Shown here piece after piece: positions 1 to 12,788 of a stretch of 64,000 bases of DNA; position 1 is the first letter of the stretch; each line of letters starts with the position of its first letter. The DNA lies in NCBI GenBank assembly GCA_030167865.1, contig JALAGF010004429.1, positions 1 through 64,000 of the forward strand, read 5' to 3'. The position numbers and the translations under genes are program-made. The notes under the pieces were generated by a model. The model saw only the letters and a list, made by a program, of their open reading frames with translations. It had not been told where the DNA came from and did no database searches. This stretch comes from Craspedostauros australis (taxonomy: Eukaryota).

Positions 1-1558
1 GGAGCTCATTCTCGTGTTGTTTGTCTCTGCTCGATCCCTCAAAATGACAAATTCAACGTCTGTCTCACCACCAGGATCGGAATCCAGAAAACGTGCTCTG
101 ACGCCAGATCCTGCAAACGGAACCATGGAATTGGAAAAAATGTGGTCATTTGGTTCCTTCTTCCTGCCAAAATCGTGTTGCGATTTGCGCAATGATGGCT
201 GCCACAACAGGAAAGGTCAAAATCAACCGACAACGACACAAAACACAACACGAGAAACAACAATGGAAACGACGCTGCCACCACCAGTCTCTTTCCGCGT
301 CGTGCCATCAGCTCAGCAAGGGGAGACATGCAGATTGCGCAGGACTTTGTGTTACAAACTAAGCTCAACATGAAATAGTATTATACAATATTTTGCATAC
401 CACAGAATAAGTCATTGTGCTCCACTACATTATATTATAATACTGTGTTGTGTGGTATTCGCAAGTGTTGCTGTTGCAGCTGATGCGCAGGGATGCTGCC
501 GGCACGACACGCCCAAAGGAGGAAACCCCAAACCGAGCCAAATCACCAACAACGCGAGGAATCAACGTGTCACCAAATCTGCCGCAACGTCACCATCCAC
601 CCCCTTGGATGTCATTGCCGTCCGAAATCGACCGTCAAAAACGTCATCATTTCCGTCCACGCTGAAGACAAGTCAGCCAGGCATTTATGTCGTAGAAGCT
701 AGCTAAATATATCTAACCCTAATGGACAACACGAAAAATCATGTTCTAAAAATATCACGTGTTACGATGTCAAATCCGCAAAAACGTACGATTCTATCCT
801 GAATGGGGCCGTAAGGCGATAGAAAGAGACGAGACGAGACGAGATGCGATGAGAGGTTGAAGTGTCTGGTGGTATCGTAATCACCTTGTTGCTGCTGAAT
901 TCGCAGAATGATGTCCTCATTTGGAAACAACACCACAAATTGCCCTGATGTCCACCATGACACGAGCGAACAGAAATGTTGAAACCTTTTGACCAGAAGC
1001 CATCAAGAATGATGGCGGCGTCAACGGCCACTTGATGTGGCTTCTGTTCCTCTTCTCTCTGGTGGGGGGTGCCAATCATCACGACGTCAACTCCGGCGAA
1101 CCGACAACTCACGCACCTCGAAAAAGGATGATGACCACCTCGCGTTCATCACTCGTACGACCTACTCCATGATTTGCATGGCCAGTCCTCATCCCTCACG
1201 CCTCATTCCTCATCTTTGTTCTTGTTCCATTGTTCTTTTTCTCTTTCCGTGCCCTTCTTCGTTCCAGGTTCCTCCACTTTGACAACCTTTCTCTTCTCTT
1301 CTGGTGACGGAGTACGACAGAGTACTTTTAATCGTACCCACCCATGGCTTCAGCCCAATGCCAGAACCAACAGCCACGGACCAAAGAGACATCAGAAGAC
1401 GGAGGAGAGATGAGAAGCATTCATGTGATGGGTCTGCGCATGTGATCGCAACGAGAATTGGGAGGTGAGCGAGTGAGTGATTGGTTCTCGGAACAATTTG
1501 GGAGTGATGATGGTATCATTGTTTGTCCCAATTCCCAAAAAGAAAAATGTGATCACGA

Positions 1559-1566
1559 TGACGTCA
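1559..1566. promoter_or_regulatory. TGACGTCA palindrome (CRE/aureobox-like bZIP site) ~450 bp upstream of Lhcf
   Basis: Perfect 8-bp palindrome in sequence; ACGTCA half-sites also at 587, 641 and 1084. Function inferred. Confidence 0.5.
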
Positions 1567-2011
1567 ATCAAACAGACATGCGTCAGACGCTCGTTCTTGG
1601 TATTTATTCGGTCACTAAAATTCAGAACAATCAGACAAGCAGACGCCAAACAATCGACGAAGAGCCAATCGGAATCTATGATAGACGGGCAGACGTCCAT
1701 TCTGGGTATCTTGGCATCGTTGAACTTTGCGCCACGATGAAGATACCAAATCGAGAAGAAAAGGCAACTTTGGTTTTCTTTCCAGTTGGCACCAGCGCCA
1801 CAGGCTGCGGATCGGCCATCTCTCTTCCTCTTTCTCTCTCTGCTCTCTCGTGTTGTTCAGGTTGTGGTGGTTTAGATTCGCTCGGGTTTGGTGGAGTGGC
1901 TAGCGGTTGTGTTGGTGCTCTCTTCGTACTCGCGCTCGTCGATGTAGCAACGCACATTGCACCACACACACCTCATAAATCCAATCAATCCACACGAACT
2001 CAATTTCCACC

Positions 2012-2813
2012 ATGAAGACCTGCATCCTCGCCTCCCTCATCGCCTCCGCCGCTGCTTTCGCCCCAGCCAAGCAGGTCGCTCGCTCCACCGCCGTCCAGGC
2101 CTTCGAGGAGGAGCTCGGTGCCCAGGCTCCACTCGGATTCTTCGACCCACTCGGCCTTGTCGCCGATGGCAACGAGGCCAACTTCGAGCGCCTCCGTTTC
2201 GTCGAGATCAAGCACGGACGTATCGCCATGCTCGCCGTCGTCGGATACCTCATCGAGGAGGCCGGAGTCCGTCTCCCAGGAGCCATCTCCCTGGACGGAA
2301 CCCAGTTCTCTGATGTCCCAGCCGGATTCGGCGCCCTCAGCGCCATCCCAGGAGCCGGCCTCTTCCAGCTCTTCGCCTTCATCGGATTCCTCGAGATCTT
2401 CGTCATGAAGGACATCACCGGAGGAGAGTTCGTGGGTGACTTCCGTAACGGATTCATCGACTACGGCTGGGCCACCTTCGACGAGGAGACCAAGTACCAG
2501 AAGCGCGCCATCGAGCTCAACCAGGGCCGTGCCGCCATGATGGGAATCCTCGTAAGTAGTACCCGTTTCTGGAGATCGATCATGATTCCGCATGATCCAA
2601 AGATCCGCCCGACCCAAGAGTTCCGATGCGTCTCTTTTCGTCATCGCATATTCTTGTACATCCCCGCACATCAACGCCGACTCACACAAACAACATCCAC
2701 TATTCCCCTTCCTCTCTCCGTTCAATGCATTATACCATACAACACATCCCCAAAAACAACAGGCCCTTATGGTCCACGAGAAGCTCGGAGTCTCCCTCAT
2801 CCCATCCGTCTAA
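2012..2813 (+). CDS. Lhcf: Fucoxanthin-chlorophyll a/c binding protein (Lhcf family), 196 aa; exons 2012-2551, 2763-2813
   Basis: Signal peptide + AAA-FAP plastid motif; LHC motifs GFFDPLG, EIKHGRIAMLA, ELNQGRAAMMGI. GTAAGT donor at 2552 and ACAACAG acceptor at 2762 restore the C-terminus LALMVHEKLGVSLIPSV. Strong codon bias. Confidence 0.97.
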
Positions 2814-3416
2814 ACTCCAATTTTCGTTCATGGCAAAGATGGAAGGCTGAAGACCGGTCGAGGTCATTGGAATGATCCCAACCGAAGTGCATATAGTACA
2901 CATTCTCTATCACTGGCTGACTGACAAACTAGCTCACTGGCAACAACAACCGTCCCGCAGACAGCGACAGCGGATAATCAGTAAATAGTAGTGGTCATCA
3001 CAATTGGGCTTCAACACATCGCATTTACTAGCACCACACGACTGCTGTGCCAAGGAGCATTGCGCCCGCTCTGGAGTGCTCTTCTGTTCCATGGTTTGCC
3101 ACCGAAGCACGAGTGCGGCGTTTGAAACCAGCATGCTCTTTGCTCCAGTTCATTCCTGGACCGCAACAAGGAAGCAAGACACGAGCACTCCACGCGTACG
3201 CAACTATTAGGTCGTTGATGGCCAGCAACGGTCCGTGCAGGCCACGCTGTTCCGCATGTGCATCACACTCCCGAGAGAGTACTCGTACTATACTGTTGTA
3301 TTCATATCGGACTACTCTACGAGTATACTCGTATGTACAAGTATTCATTCAGACGATGTGACCCACGAACTCGCACCCAACGGTCCATCCCGCCAGCAGT
3401 CGCATCCACGGCCCCA

Positions 3417-6335
3417 TCAATCGATGACGATGATGTGTGGTGCCTCGCCCTTCTTGGCATGGTTTTTCGCGACTCTGACACCATTCGCACTGTTGTTGTT
3501 TGCATTGTCCTTGCTATTGGCATTTGGGACGGCACTCGGTTTGCGCGTTGCTATCCATTGGACTTCGCAGCCAACCCCATCATGGCTGCTGTTTTCTTTG
3601 CCTTGGAAGGGCATAGATGATGAAGTGCACAGGGGTGCTTCGGTGGAGACATCATCGTCAACATCCATGGCCGAGACAGACTCAGCCATGTTGATGACAG
3701 ACGATGTCACGCTCAGCAATGGCATTGGGGAAGGTTTCTGTCGCGCACTCATCGTTGTCACTGAAATCGTGCATGAAGACGACGATGGCAGTGGGGTATC
3801 CGCAGCACCACGCTCACGTGAAGTTGCTCGCGATGTTGGAGTGGGGCCGGCTTGAGGCTGGTCTGCCATGACCAAGCCAGCTTCTTGGCGAGCAGTCTGT
3901 GGCATCCACGCTTGATGGATGGGGGGTTGGAATACCATCGGTTTGACATGTGGGATCATAGCGCCGGTCGGAGCCATGCTGCGCCGTGGAACGGCAGGGA
4001 CATGCATGTTTCTTATCGGCGCATTTGCGTTTGACTCCACTTCCATGCTCGAAATGACCTGCCCTCTTATCACGATACGTTCCTGCCGAACACCTGCTCG
4101 ACGGCGGATAGCTGATGGGTTGCGGTAGATCTGTTCGTAGTACTCGTCATGACCGATGGTGTCGATGGTAGAAAGAATGTTGGGTCGACCAGCACTGATG
4201 AGCTGGCTGTCGGAAGGACGCTTGGTCATTTGCGAGCGAATGCCCAAGCTTTGCCCATCGAAGGCACGGCCGATCTTTGCTTGGCGTCTTGGAACCGGAA
4301 GAGACATCTTTGCAGAGTCACTGCAGACGAGTGATCGTGGTGGGAGCGCCCAGCGATGCGCGGGTCGGACATTCGGCATATCAGCACCAGCAGCAGCAGC
4401 TGGCACAGGGAAAGCCATCGCAGAGGCTCTGAGAAGATGGCTGGTAGGCTTGAACAGTCCTTGACCACGGAGCTCGATGGGTCGAAGAGCCCGGTCGTGC
4501 TGCTGCGTTGGGGTGGAAGGAGTAGCAGGACGTGGCATACCGAACCGATTCCCTTGAGGCTTCAATGGTGTGAATCCCATGGAGGGAAGCTGCGACGATG
4601 AAGCAGACTGTCTTGGCTTGGGGATCGTTTGGTTGTTGTCAGGGACGTTTTCGTCATTGCCTTCGTTGTTGATGCCATTGTCGGCGTCATGTTCGTTGCT
4701 GGATTCGCGGGCGGGCTCCTGGATTGAGTTGATGGGAGACACTTGGAGATCTTCGTGGCCCGTCGAAGCAAGGCCGTTGCGGTTGCTGCTGCTGTGGGTA
4801 TAGCTGTTGCGGAAACGACGCACAGCTTGGATGGTGTGGGCAGGATTCGCAGATAGAGCATCTGAACGGAGTGCTGGGAGCGAAGCACGACGGAGAGCTT
4901 TCTTCGGGTGTTCCGCACCAGAACTTTGAGCACGCGTGCGAAATAGATTGGCGTGGATCCCACCAACAAGATCATCGGGGACGCCATGCTCGAAGCGGCG
5001 TGGCTGGAAGACGATCGATGAAGTCTCACCGCCCGACGCTGGGCGTTGCACAGTTTGAGCTGTTGCATTCGAACCATGCAGTCGGTATTGGTGTTTGAGC
5101 GTAGGATCGCCGAACTTGAAGGTGAGGAGCGGACAATGGCTTTGCACTGTCGGTTGTGTCGCCATGGTGGCATGTTGCCGAGTTGACGGTTCGAGCATCT
5201 GTGCATCTCCGTCCATACCAAGGGCATGGCTTCCACCATTTCGGCTGCGGACGCCTTGCCAGGCTTGAGTGTTTCGGTTCTTCTTCTTCTGCTTCGTTTG
5301 TATCTGTCTCTGTAGCCGCCGAAGGCTGTGAATCGGCAGTGGGTGCGCTAGGGGCTTCCCCAGCTGCTGGGGACGGCACAGCTGAGTTGCCCCATCTAGA
5401 CTCTTCTTCGGATGGTTCGACATCCATGGCCGCGCATGATGCCGTATCAGAGCGTTGCTTGGCTCGGCGTCGTCGCCGCTGGTGCTTGCCTCACCGGAAG
5501 GATTCGCCTCGTGCAACTTCGGAGCGTCGCAGAGCGCTTCCACGTCGCCGTAGAGGACAGCCGAACGAGGCAGCGGCTTGATCATCGGGATCTTCCATTT
5601 GCGCTGGAGCGCTGAGACGAGACGCTTGACATGCGTCTTGGCCGTCAGGTAGACGATGGCGCGCTGTCGGGCGAACGAGGTCTTGCGGAGGCCGAAGGAC
5701 TTGGAGCGGCCGGCCTTCGCCACGGACACGGAGATCTTCTTGCTGGTCTTTGTCTGCTTGGTTCGCAACCACTTCGCTGATGGTGCGCGCGAAAGATTGG
5801 CAGCGGAACCATCGCGCGAGGTTGGCTTCCGCTGCTTCCGCTTCGGTTGCGGCATGGATGATAGTGTTGTCGGGCAAGACGGTGTCGCTGGGATGTTGCC
5901 GTGTTTGCTGTCATCATCATCGCCGTCGCTATGGCTGTCGCTACGGCTATTGGCATGGATTGTGTGGGCGTCCTTCGAGGCATCTTGGTTGGACTGCGGC
6001 AGCCGATCGGATGATGGGATCGTGTTCTCTTGGTGGTCATCGTTCGGAGATGATGACGAGGTCTCCGGAAGGGCCGACGATGGTCGTTCTGAGGATCCAT
6101 CCCATGAGCAGATGGACGTGATGCTGGTGGGCGATGGCGCCATCTTGGATCGTTCCAGCATGTCCACGTCGGCGTTGCCGTGGACTTCGCTGTCGTGGAC
6201 TTGCTCGGGCTTTTGCTCGTCTTCTTGCTCTTCTTGGCGCATCCGCATGATCCGTTTCTTCAGCGGACCTCGACGATGGCGCTGGTGGTGCCGATTCTTG
6301 GTGTCCACGGCGTCCATGGCGTCCATGCTGTCCAT
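3417..6335 (-). CDS. Hypothetical, largely disordered protein (~972 aa)
   Basis: Stop-free ORF >3 kb; likely start MDSMDAMD at 6335 after a CA-rich leader. Basic NLS-like clusters (RRRGPLKKR, KQKKKNR); no recognised domain. Confidence 0.7.
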   Translation of the reverse strand: MDSMDAMDAVDTKNRHHQRHRRGPLKKRIMRMRQEEQEDEQKPEQVHDSEVHGNADVDMLERSKMAPSPTSITSICSWDGSSERPSSALPETSSSSPNDDHQENTIPSSDRLPQSNQDASKDAHTIHANSRSDSHSDGDDDDSKHGNIPATPSCPTTLSSMPQPKRKQRKPTSRDGSAANLSRAPSAKWLRTKQTKTSKKISVSVAKAGRSKSFGLRKTSFARQRAIVYLTAKTHVKRLVSALQRKWKIPMIKPLPRSAVLYGDVEALCDAPKLHEANPSGEASTSGDDAEPSNALIRHHARPWMSNHPKKSLDGATQLCRPQQLGKPLAHPLPIHSLRRLQRQIQTKQKKKNRNTQAWQGVRSRNGGSHALGMDGDAQMLEPSTRQHATMATQPTVQSHCPLLTFKFGDPTLKHQYRLHGSNATAQTVQRPASGGETSSIVFQPRRFEHGVPDDLVGGIHANLFRTRAQSSGAEHPKKALRRASLPALRSDALSANPAHTIQAVRRFRNSYTHSSSNRNGLASTGHEDLQVSPINSIQEPARESSNEHDADNGINNEGNDENVPDNNQTIPKPRQSASSSQLPSMGFTPLKPQGNRFGMPRPATPSTPTQQHDRALRPIELRGQGLFKPTSHLLRASAMAFPVPAAAAGADMPNVRPAHRWALPPRSLVCSDSAKMSLPVPRRQAKIGRAFDGQSLGIRSQMTKRPSDSQLISAGRPNILSTIDTIGHDEYYEQIYRNPSAIRRRAGVRQERIVIRGQVISSMEVESNANAPIRNMHVPAVPRRSMAPTGAMIPHVKPMVFQPPIHQAWMPQTARQEAGLVMADQPQAGPTPTSRATSRERGAADTPLPSSSSCTISVTTMSARQKPSPMPLLSVTSSVINMAESVSAMDVDDDVSTEAPLCTSSSMPFQGKENSSHDGVGCEVQWIATRKPSAVPNANSKDNANNNSANGVRVAKNHAKKGEAPHIIVID

Positions 6336-7277
6336 GGTGGAGTTCTGTGCGTGCGGTTGTGTTGCTTTGTGTTGCTTCGGGATGGATGCGGTCGGAGTCC
6401 GTTGGGATGAGAACGCTGATGCGATGCGCGGAGTTCTTGTCTGTTGCGCTGTGCTGTGGTATGGCGTGATGTGGAGCAACAAGGCTTGGATGACACGTGC
6501 TGTCCAAATTATGGGGCTGTTCTCCTCAGGGAACTGTGAGTGCAGTAGCGGACCCTACTCGTGCTCTGCTCGTACTGTGGGTGGGTAGGAGAATTCAAGG
6601 AGCGAGAGGTAGATGTGTAGGGCACAGATCCACGGATAGAATCGATACCATACCCGCGCCATGGCCGAATCAAACAGGACAGAGCAACCAAGAAAGATGG
6701 CATCCACACTCAGAAACTTCTCGCCATTTCACGTCACAACCACGACGTGTCTCCGCTGGTTCGAGGAGAACGCTGGAGCCACCAAGAAAATGTGGGGTTG
6801 ACTGAACCGCGAATGGTTGATTTCGAACAATTATGGTCGCGACGCCGGTACGACAAAAATAAGCCAATAAAGATACTCTAAACGGAGAATGATATCGGGA
6901 GAATTATCATTTCCGTGACTGGTTCGTAACATGACTGATTTATTGTGCCAAGCGGTGTCACAAATTGCCGCGTTGCTTTTCGTTGTTTTACTGCAGTTTC
7001 ATTCCATTCTGTGAACGTTCTTTGGACAAGCGCTCCTTGTCGACGAAGCGTGATCACGTATTGTATTGCATTGACGAACGAGTGTGCTCTGCTGTTCCCG
7101 ACCTCACTCTGTTGAGAGCATATTCTGTTCAACGTTTTACAGCATAATACTAATGTTCATTGTTCATCACAGTACTCTACTCTATCTCATTGTGTGACAA
7201 GTTTGTTGCCTCGTGTTAGATCATGTATGTGTCTCTGGTCCCCACCACTCCCCTTTCTCAACCACTCAACCACTCAA

Positions 7278-10200
7278 TCACTCGTCATCGCTGTCATCGT
7301 CGTCAATGATGCGGCGAGTCGACTGGGATTTATGGTTCGCGGTTGGTTGTTCCTGTGCGTCTGTCTCCGCAACGGTGTCAAACTCGATATCATCATCACT
7401 GTCATCATCCTCGATGGCCGGTGCCTTCGAAAGTCGTGGCTTCTTCGCAGATGATGGCGACGTCGTGTCATTATCACGGGCGCGTTTGGTTTTCTCTGTA
7501 TCCGACGAGGCTGTTGCTTGCGTCGCACCTGCGATGGCGCTACCGTCGTCGCTACCGTCGTCCTTGTTGAGCGACAGCGCTTGCTGTGTTGCTGTTGCTG
7601 TTGACCCCTTCACAGTGCTGTCCTCTGTGAAGTCCAGCTCCTCCTCTTCGTCATCATCGCTTTCATCGTCGCTGTCATCGTCATCTTCACTCCTCGCAGA
7701 CTTATTGCTCTGATCATTGTCATGAACACCACCGGCGCTCACCATGGAGTCATCGAATTCGACATCATCATCGTCATCTCCATCATCGTCGCCGCCACGA
7801 TTGCCGGTACCACCAGAGATGGCGTAATCTTCATCCGCCTCCAGCAGGCGTCTCTGTTCTTCGAGCAAGGCGTCACGCTCGGCGATCATCCGGAGTTCCT
7901 CGCTGACGTAACAGTTCGTCACCGACTCACAGAATGTGCCTGCGTTGTTCGGTCGGAACAGGATCTCTACGAACAGGAGAGGGTTGCTGTTCGCGGCCAC
8001 GGAGAAGCTGTGCATGAGGTTGGCCGCGAAGTCTACCAGCGTGTCCGAGCCAGGCTTTCGTCGCATCTCCGTGTCGTTCAATACCTTCTCCATCACGAGA
8101 AAGAGATGGATGTTGTACAGCAACGGTTCCATGGTCACCTTCTTGCTTTTGAACAGCGTCTTGGGCGCATCGGGGTCCGCACCATCGTCCGCAGACGCGA
8201 GCTCGATCTTGAGGAATCGCTGGAAGAGCGCGACGACGTGATCGTTGACGGTGGTGGAGTTGCTGCTGTAACGCTCCAGCAGGGAAGTGAACATGGCGAT
8301 GAACTGTTTCGACACGATCTTGCGGAGGAAGTAGGTCGATACTTCGAAGTCGGCGGCTTCGGCTCGCATCTTGGTGATGGCATCATGCGGCGTGATGTTC
8401 TGCGCCTGCAGCTTCTTGCATTCTGATTCGTTGGCATCCAGCAGATTCAATGTGACGTGAGTAAGGTCCGCCAGGTCGCACAGGTACTCTCTCGTGGATG
8501 CGCCGTGCGTCCAGCTCTGCAGCAGCTTGGGCAGTCTGTCCAGCGGTTCGCTTGCGTAGAACAACCGATCCATCAGACCCAGCGCCATGACGGTCTCCGT
8601 GCTATCGTCCGACTTGAACATGCTGTGGAGGAGCTGCACCATCTCGGAGTAGAGCGCGACGGTCTGGGCGAGATTCGGAAAATGCTTCGTCTGCGCGTAA
8701 GTGTCTGCCGCGTTGAGCACGAGGTTGAAGGTGAAGACGTCCATGGTGAAGATGAGGTTCCCCAGAGCCGCTGCGTTGCTGCCATCGTCTTGGTGCCGCA
8801 TTCTCCACCACTGGGAGAAGAACCAGATGAGACGAAAGAAGGTGCATTTGTCACCGGATTCCAACCGTGCAGAATCTCGTCTGAACTCATTCTTCAACGA
8901 CTTCATGACAGGTCCGTAGCAGTTCTGCACGAAGCGTTCACAGAATGAGTTGATGGCCTTTCGCGCTCTGTTGGTCGCTGGACCATCGTCGATGCTGTGG
9001 CAGTCAGCGGAGTGTGCCATTGTGGTGCGGTCGGAACCGATGAAGGCGCTTGCCTTGCGGTTCTGCCGCACCATGCCCTTGCTAGTGTTCTTGGAGGGCG
9101 TTTGGGTGGCACCAAAGTACGACGTCCTGCCGTCTGCCTGCCTCTTCATCCAAGTTCCGCCGAAGTGAGCATGTCGTGGTCCTGCCAGTGACTTCATCCT
9201 GGCCCTCTCGACGCGCAGTTTCGACGATAGAGAACCACCGGTGTGCGGGGTGGACTGTGACAGTGCCTGGCCTGCGTTGGTGGCATCTCTGGCTCTGCTT
9301 GCGCGATTGGCAGAGCTTCCTCCTTCTCGTTGTGCGGATGCGACCGTTCCTTTCTTCACAAGGTCGGGTCGTGCGCAGGCCGTCGGATCGTGAGATTTGA
9401 GAATGAGGTTCATCAGTTCCATGACGAGCAGATTGTATTGCGCATTCTCCCTTGCCTCCATCTCTTGACAGATGACGAGCAGGATCTCCATCACGAGCTC
9501 GCGGTCGCACAGCGCGATCAGCTCATTGTGAAGATTCTTCGCATCTTTGGCACTGCCCGTGGATGCTGCAGATGATGTTGTACAAGTGAAGCGAGAGTGT
9601 TGCGCGACGTGAGGATTGAAACGAAAGCAGAAATTTGACGGGATTTCGGTAGAAGCGAAACGAAGAGTTGTGAGATTGGTCTTGCATTCTCTTTGCTCAT
9701 CTTCAGCACTGCACGCTAGGTTCACTTACCATTGATCAACGGTTCCACAGAGAGCAAGTTGCGGATGAGATGCAAAACGAGCTCTATGGTCAAATGATCC
9801 GTATCGGTACGAGCTGCTCCTGTCCTGGACAATGGCTCTGCCAGCAGCGACACGAGGACTGAGAGCAAGCCTTTGCCAGCCTTGCTTTTGCCGTGGTGCG
9901 ACACATGGTGCACAACTGCCTTCTTGTACTCCATCAGCATGCTGGCCTGCTCCAGCGCGTTCTCTCGCAGCTTGACCTGCTCCAACGCCATCGCCTTCTT
10001 CATATCGATGATCATCTTGCCAGCGCGCTTGGTGTTGTCCGCCAGCGGCTTGGTGAGGATGACAAGGATCTTGACCACCGTCAACACGATCGATGTGTCG
10101 TACCGGCATGTCATGATGAGCGGCAGCAGCTTCTGCTGCACCACCTTCCACTTGCCAATCAGCAGCGAGATGGGGCGGTAAGAATCATCATCGCGACGCA

Positions 10201-10612
10201 ACGCACGTTGCAGATCCTGCAGCCAGTTGAGACAGTCCGCCACGGGCACCAGCTCGTCGCCTTCATTCGTGGTGGTTCCGATCACGCCGCAAACGAGCAG
10301 CAGCTCGTCCACCACGCCCTTCTCGACCGTCATTCGATGATCCTCTGCTTTGGCCTTGCGAATGCTGGCGGCGAGACTTCTGCCACTGCTGCTTCTGCGA
10401 GACTTCGTCTTCTTCGTTCGTGCTTCATCAGCGTTGGGGATAGCTCGTGCGGATTCATCTTGTCCGCTTGATGCTGGCGAAGTTTTCGTTGCTGTCTGCA
10501 CTTTCTTGGCGTTGTCTGATCCTCCCACGTCATCGTTGCCTCGCACCGCACGACGGCGTTGCTGCTGCGGTTGTCCCTGGTGTTGCTCAACCATCGGTCT
10601 TGCGCGGGACAT
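7278..10612 (-). CDS. TIMELESS: Timeless/Tof1/Swi1 family replication fork protection protein (~1056 aa); exons 10612-9730, 9565-7278
   Basis: N-terminal DCLNWLQDLQRALRRDD..LIGKWKVVQQKLLPLI, IELVLHLIRNLLSV, RHAHFGGTW, NPLLFVEILF and an acidic tail. GTAAGT donor at 9729 and TGCAG acceptor at 9566 are phase-compatible. Start could instead be at 10333. Confidence 0.88.
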
Positions 10613-11109
10613 GGCCGAGTTCGTCTTTTGTTGGCGTTCCTCACTGGCTGTGCGGAATTCAGTGGCGATGTTGTTTGTTCAACGAGAAACGATGAGATAC
10701 ACACCTGCGCTCGTCGTGCCATAACACGCTCGTCCTCAATTATTGTGTGTGTGAACGTTTGGCGAGAAGCAACAATCCAAGACGGAAAAACCGTGACAAC
10801 AGGATGGCCGCGCGTGTTGTGAGTTCTGGCGATTTTCATTCTGTTCGCATTTTTTGGCGCGAACTGAACGTAAGGTCCATGCGGTCGAAACACGAACAGT
10901 TATTCCCGTGAAATAGTTGCCACTTTTTACCGCAGCGGAGGTCATCACATCGCATCACAACACAACCGCATGTCTTCTCGTGGGGTACAGGCCATCCCAC
11001 CGAAGCTGCCAAGCATTCGCAGCACCACCAGCATACGACTACAGTATGGAATATTGAACATTGCATGATGCTCGGACTGGCATCAAAAAATCCCATCTCA
11101 TTCTCTGCT

Positions 11110-11907
11110 CTATGGATGTAGCGGCTCATCGACCAAATCCTGTACCTTCATGACGTACATGAAATGATGAAAGCACCCCTCCGATGTCTGTATTGATTGC
11201 GTTTCGAACGACCAGCCGAACTCATCGCTGTGATCTTCCTTGCGGGCCAAACTATCGTCACCGCCGTGCCAACCAAGAAGGTACTTCTTCCGAAAGTGCG
11301 GCTGCTGGAAGGAAATCTGCAGATGGTACCCGCCGGGTTTCACGATCCTCCGAATGTGCTGGCACATCGATCTGGCTTTGGCAACCACGGCTTCGTCCGG
11401 ATTCCAAACGTCACCCTCCTCCGTCATAAACGCATCCATGGCGGCCTTGTCAACCACGGCATCGAACGAGCCGTCTTGGAAGTCGACCATGTCCGTCATG
11501 TCCATCACAGTCCACTCCATCCCCGTGCGTTGCACATTCTTCTCCCGCATCCTGTCGATGACGGTTTCCGAGAAGTCGATGTTCACGATGTTTTGGAACC
11601 CAGCGTCGTATAGGTCGGCGGAGAAGTCGGAATTCCCGCAACCCACCAGCAGCAGCCGATTGGTCTTGACAAGGTACGGCTCCAGAAAGCTCCGCAGCTC
11701 CTGGAATGAAAGCAGCCATTCGTAGCTCTCTTCCTCCGTGAATCGCTCCTCCCAGTAGTCCTGTTGGGCGAAGTCGGTGTTCTTCACGTCTTGCCGTTTC
11801 CTCTCCTCAGATCCATCTTCGTTGATGCGCTCTTCTGTCGACCACGCAGTTGCCGGTGGCAGCTCTGACTGGCCCTCAATGGTGGCGCATTGTGCCTGTT
11901 CCTCCAT
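11110..11907 (-). CDS. EEF1A lysine methyltransferase 4 / METTL13-like SAM-dependent methyltransferase (265 aa)
   Basis: DYWEERF..YEW, motif I LLVGCGNS, NIDFS, FDAVVDKAAMDA and ISFQQPHFR, typical of the EEF1AKMT4 (ECE2 N-terminal) family. Confidence 0.88.
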   Translation of the reverse strand: MEEQAQCATIEGQSELPPATAWSTEERINEDGSEERKRQDVKNTDFAQQDYWEERFTEEESYEWLLSFQELRSFLEPYLVKTNRLLLVGCGNSDFSADLYDAGFQNIVNIDFSETVIDRMREKNVQRTGMEWTVMDMTDMVDFQDGSFDAVVDKAAMDAFMTEEGDVWNPDEAVVAKARSMCQHIRRIVKPGGYHLQISFQQPHFRKKYLLGWHGGDDSLARKEDHSDEFGWSFETQSIQTSEGCFHHFMYVMKVQDLVDEPLHP

Positions 11908-12620
11908 TCCTGACGTCGCTTGTTGTCTCGTTGTCTCGTTTGCTCTCTCACCCTCTCACTCTCGTTGTCTCTGTATTTTCTCCTTTTACTCTCTGCAGTG
12001 TGTGGGTATCCTTGCTGGATTCATGAGCTCGGAGGTTGTTGTTCTGTGGTACGACGATACCAAGCATCAGCAATGCCGCGTTGTGGATCACCACAACCGT
12101 ACAACTATTCGCGTTCAGCGGCTGGAGAAGCGCAAAAAGCGCATCTTGTTCGGCGGAAACGAAGTTGATTGGTGTGCGTCGAAGTTGATTGAATCGTTGT
12201 CGTTTCATGACGTAACTTACGCCTAACCAAGTACCCTGAATGGTGATACAACAATTCCGAAGTTGATTTGTCAGAGAATGTGGTGCACGTTTGGGAAAAG
12301 ATTCTTCACGACTCATTTCCAAACGTGATTTCAAACGTGCACAGAATCACGAACAAAGACAACTTGGCAGAGGGAAGATTTCAGAACTGCGTGCGAGATT
12401 GATCACGAGAAACGGTGTTGCTGTGCGACCTCTGTCGTGGAAGCATTCAATGTTCTGCGCTGTGGGTGCTCTCTCTTGTTCTGTCGTTCTGTGGTTGTTG
12501 ATGCTGTTGGTGCTTGTCATCATCATGGCTGCATTGACTCCGCCTCCACCTCTCTTGTCTCTCCTCTCCTCATAAAAGCAGTCTCTCCGAGAACTGCGAT
12601 CACCCATCAAACGCACGAAC

Positions 12621-12700
12621 AGCAACCAACAGCAACCAACAGCAACCAACAACAACCAACAACAACCAACAACAACCAACAACAACCAACAACAACCAAC
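12621..12700 (+). repeat. 10-bp minisatellite x8 (3x AGCAACCAAC + 5x AACAACCAAC)
   Basis: Read directly from sequence; lies 88 nt upstream of the ATG at 12789. Confidence 0.95.
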
Positions 12701-12788
12701 AACAAGAAGCTCAAAGACAACTGCCCCAACGCATCGCAACAACACACACTGACAACAAGAGACACAAGAAGAGAAACAGAGATCAAGG

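Noticed and set aside
1-373. Edge ORFs and a possible minus-strand ATG at position 9
   Set aside because: Too little sequence; may be the leader of a gene outside the window but cannot be supported.
1900-2800. Long antisense ORFs over Lhcf (likewise 50799-51500, 52954-54120, 57965-59269, 59662-60396, 44226-45110)
   Set aside because: Shadow ORFs caused by codon bias of the sense gene; no independent coding features.
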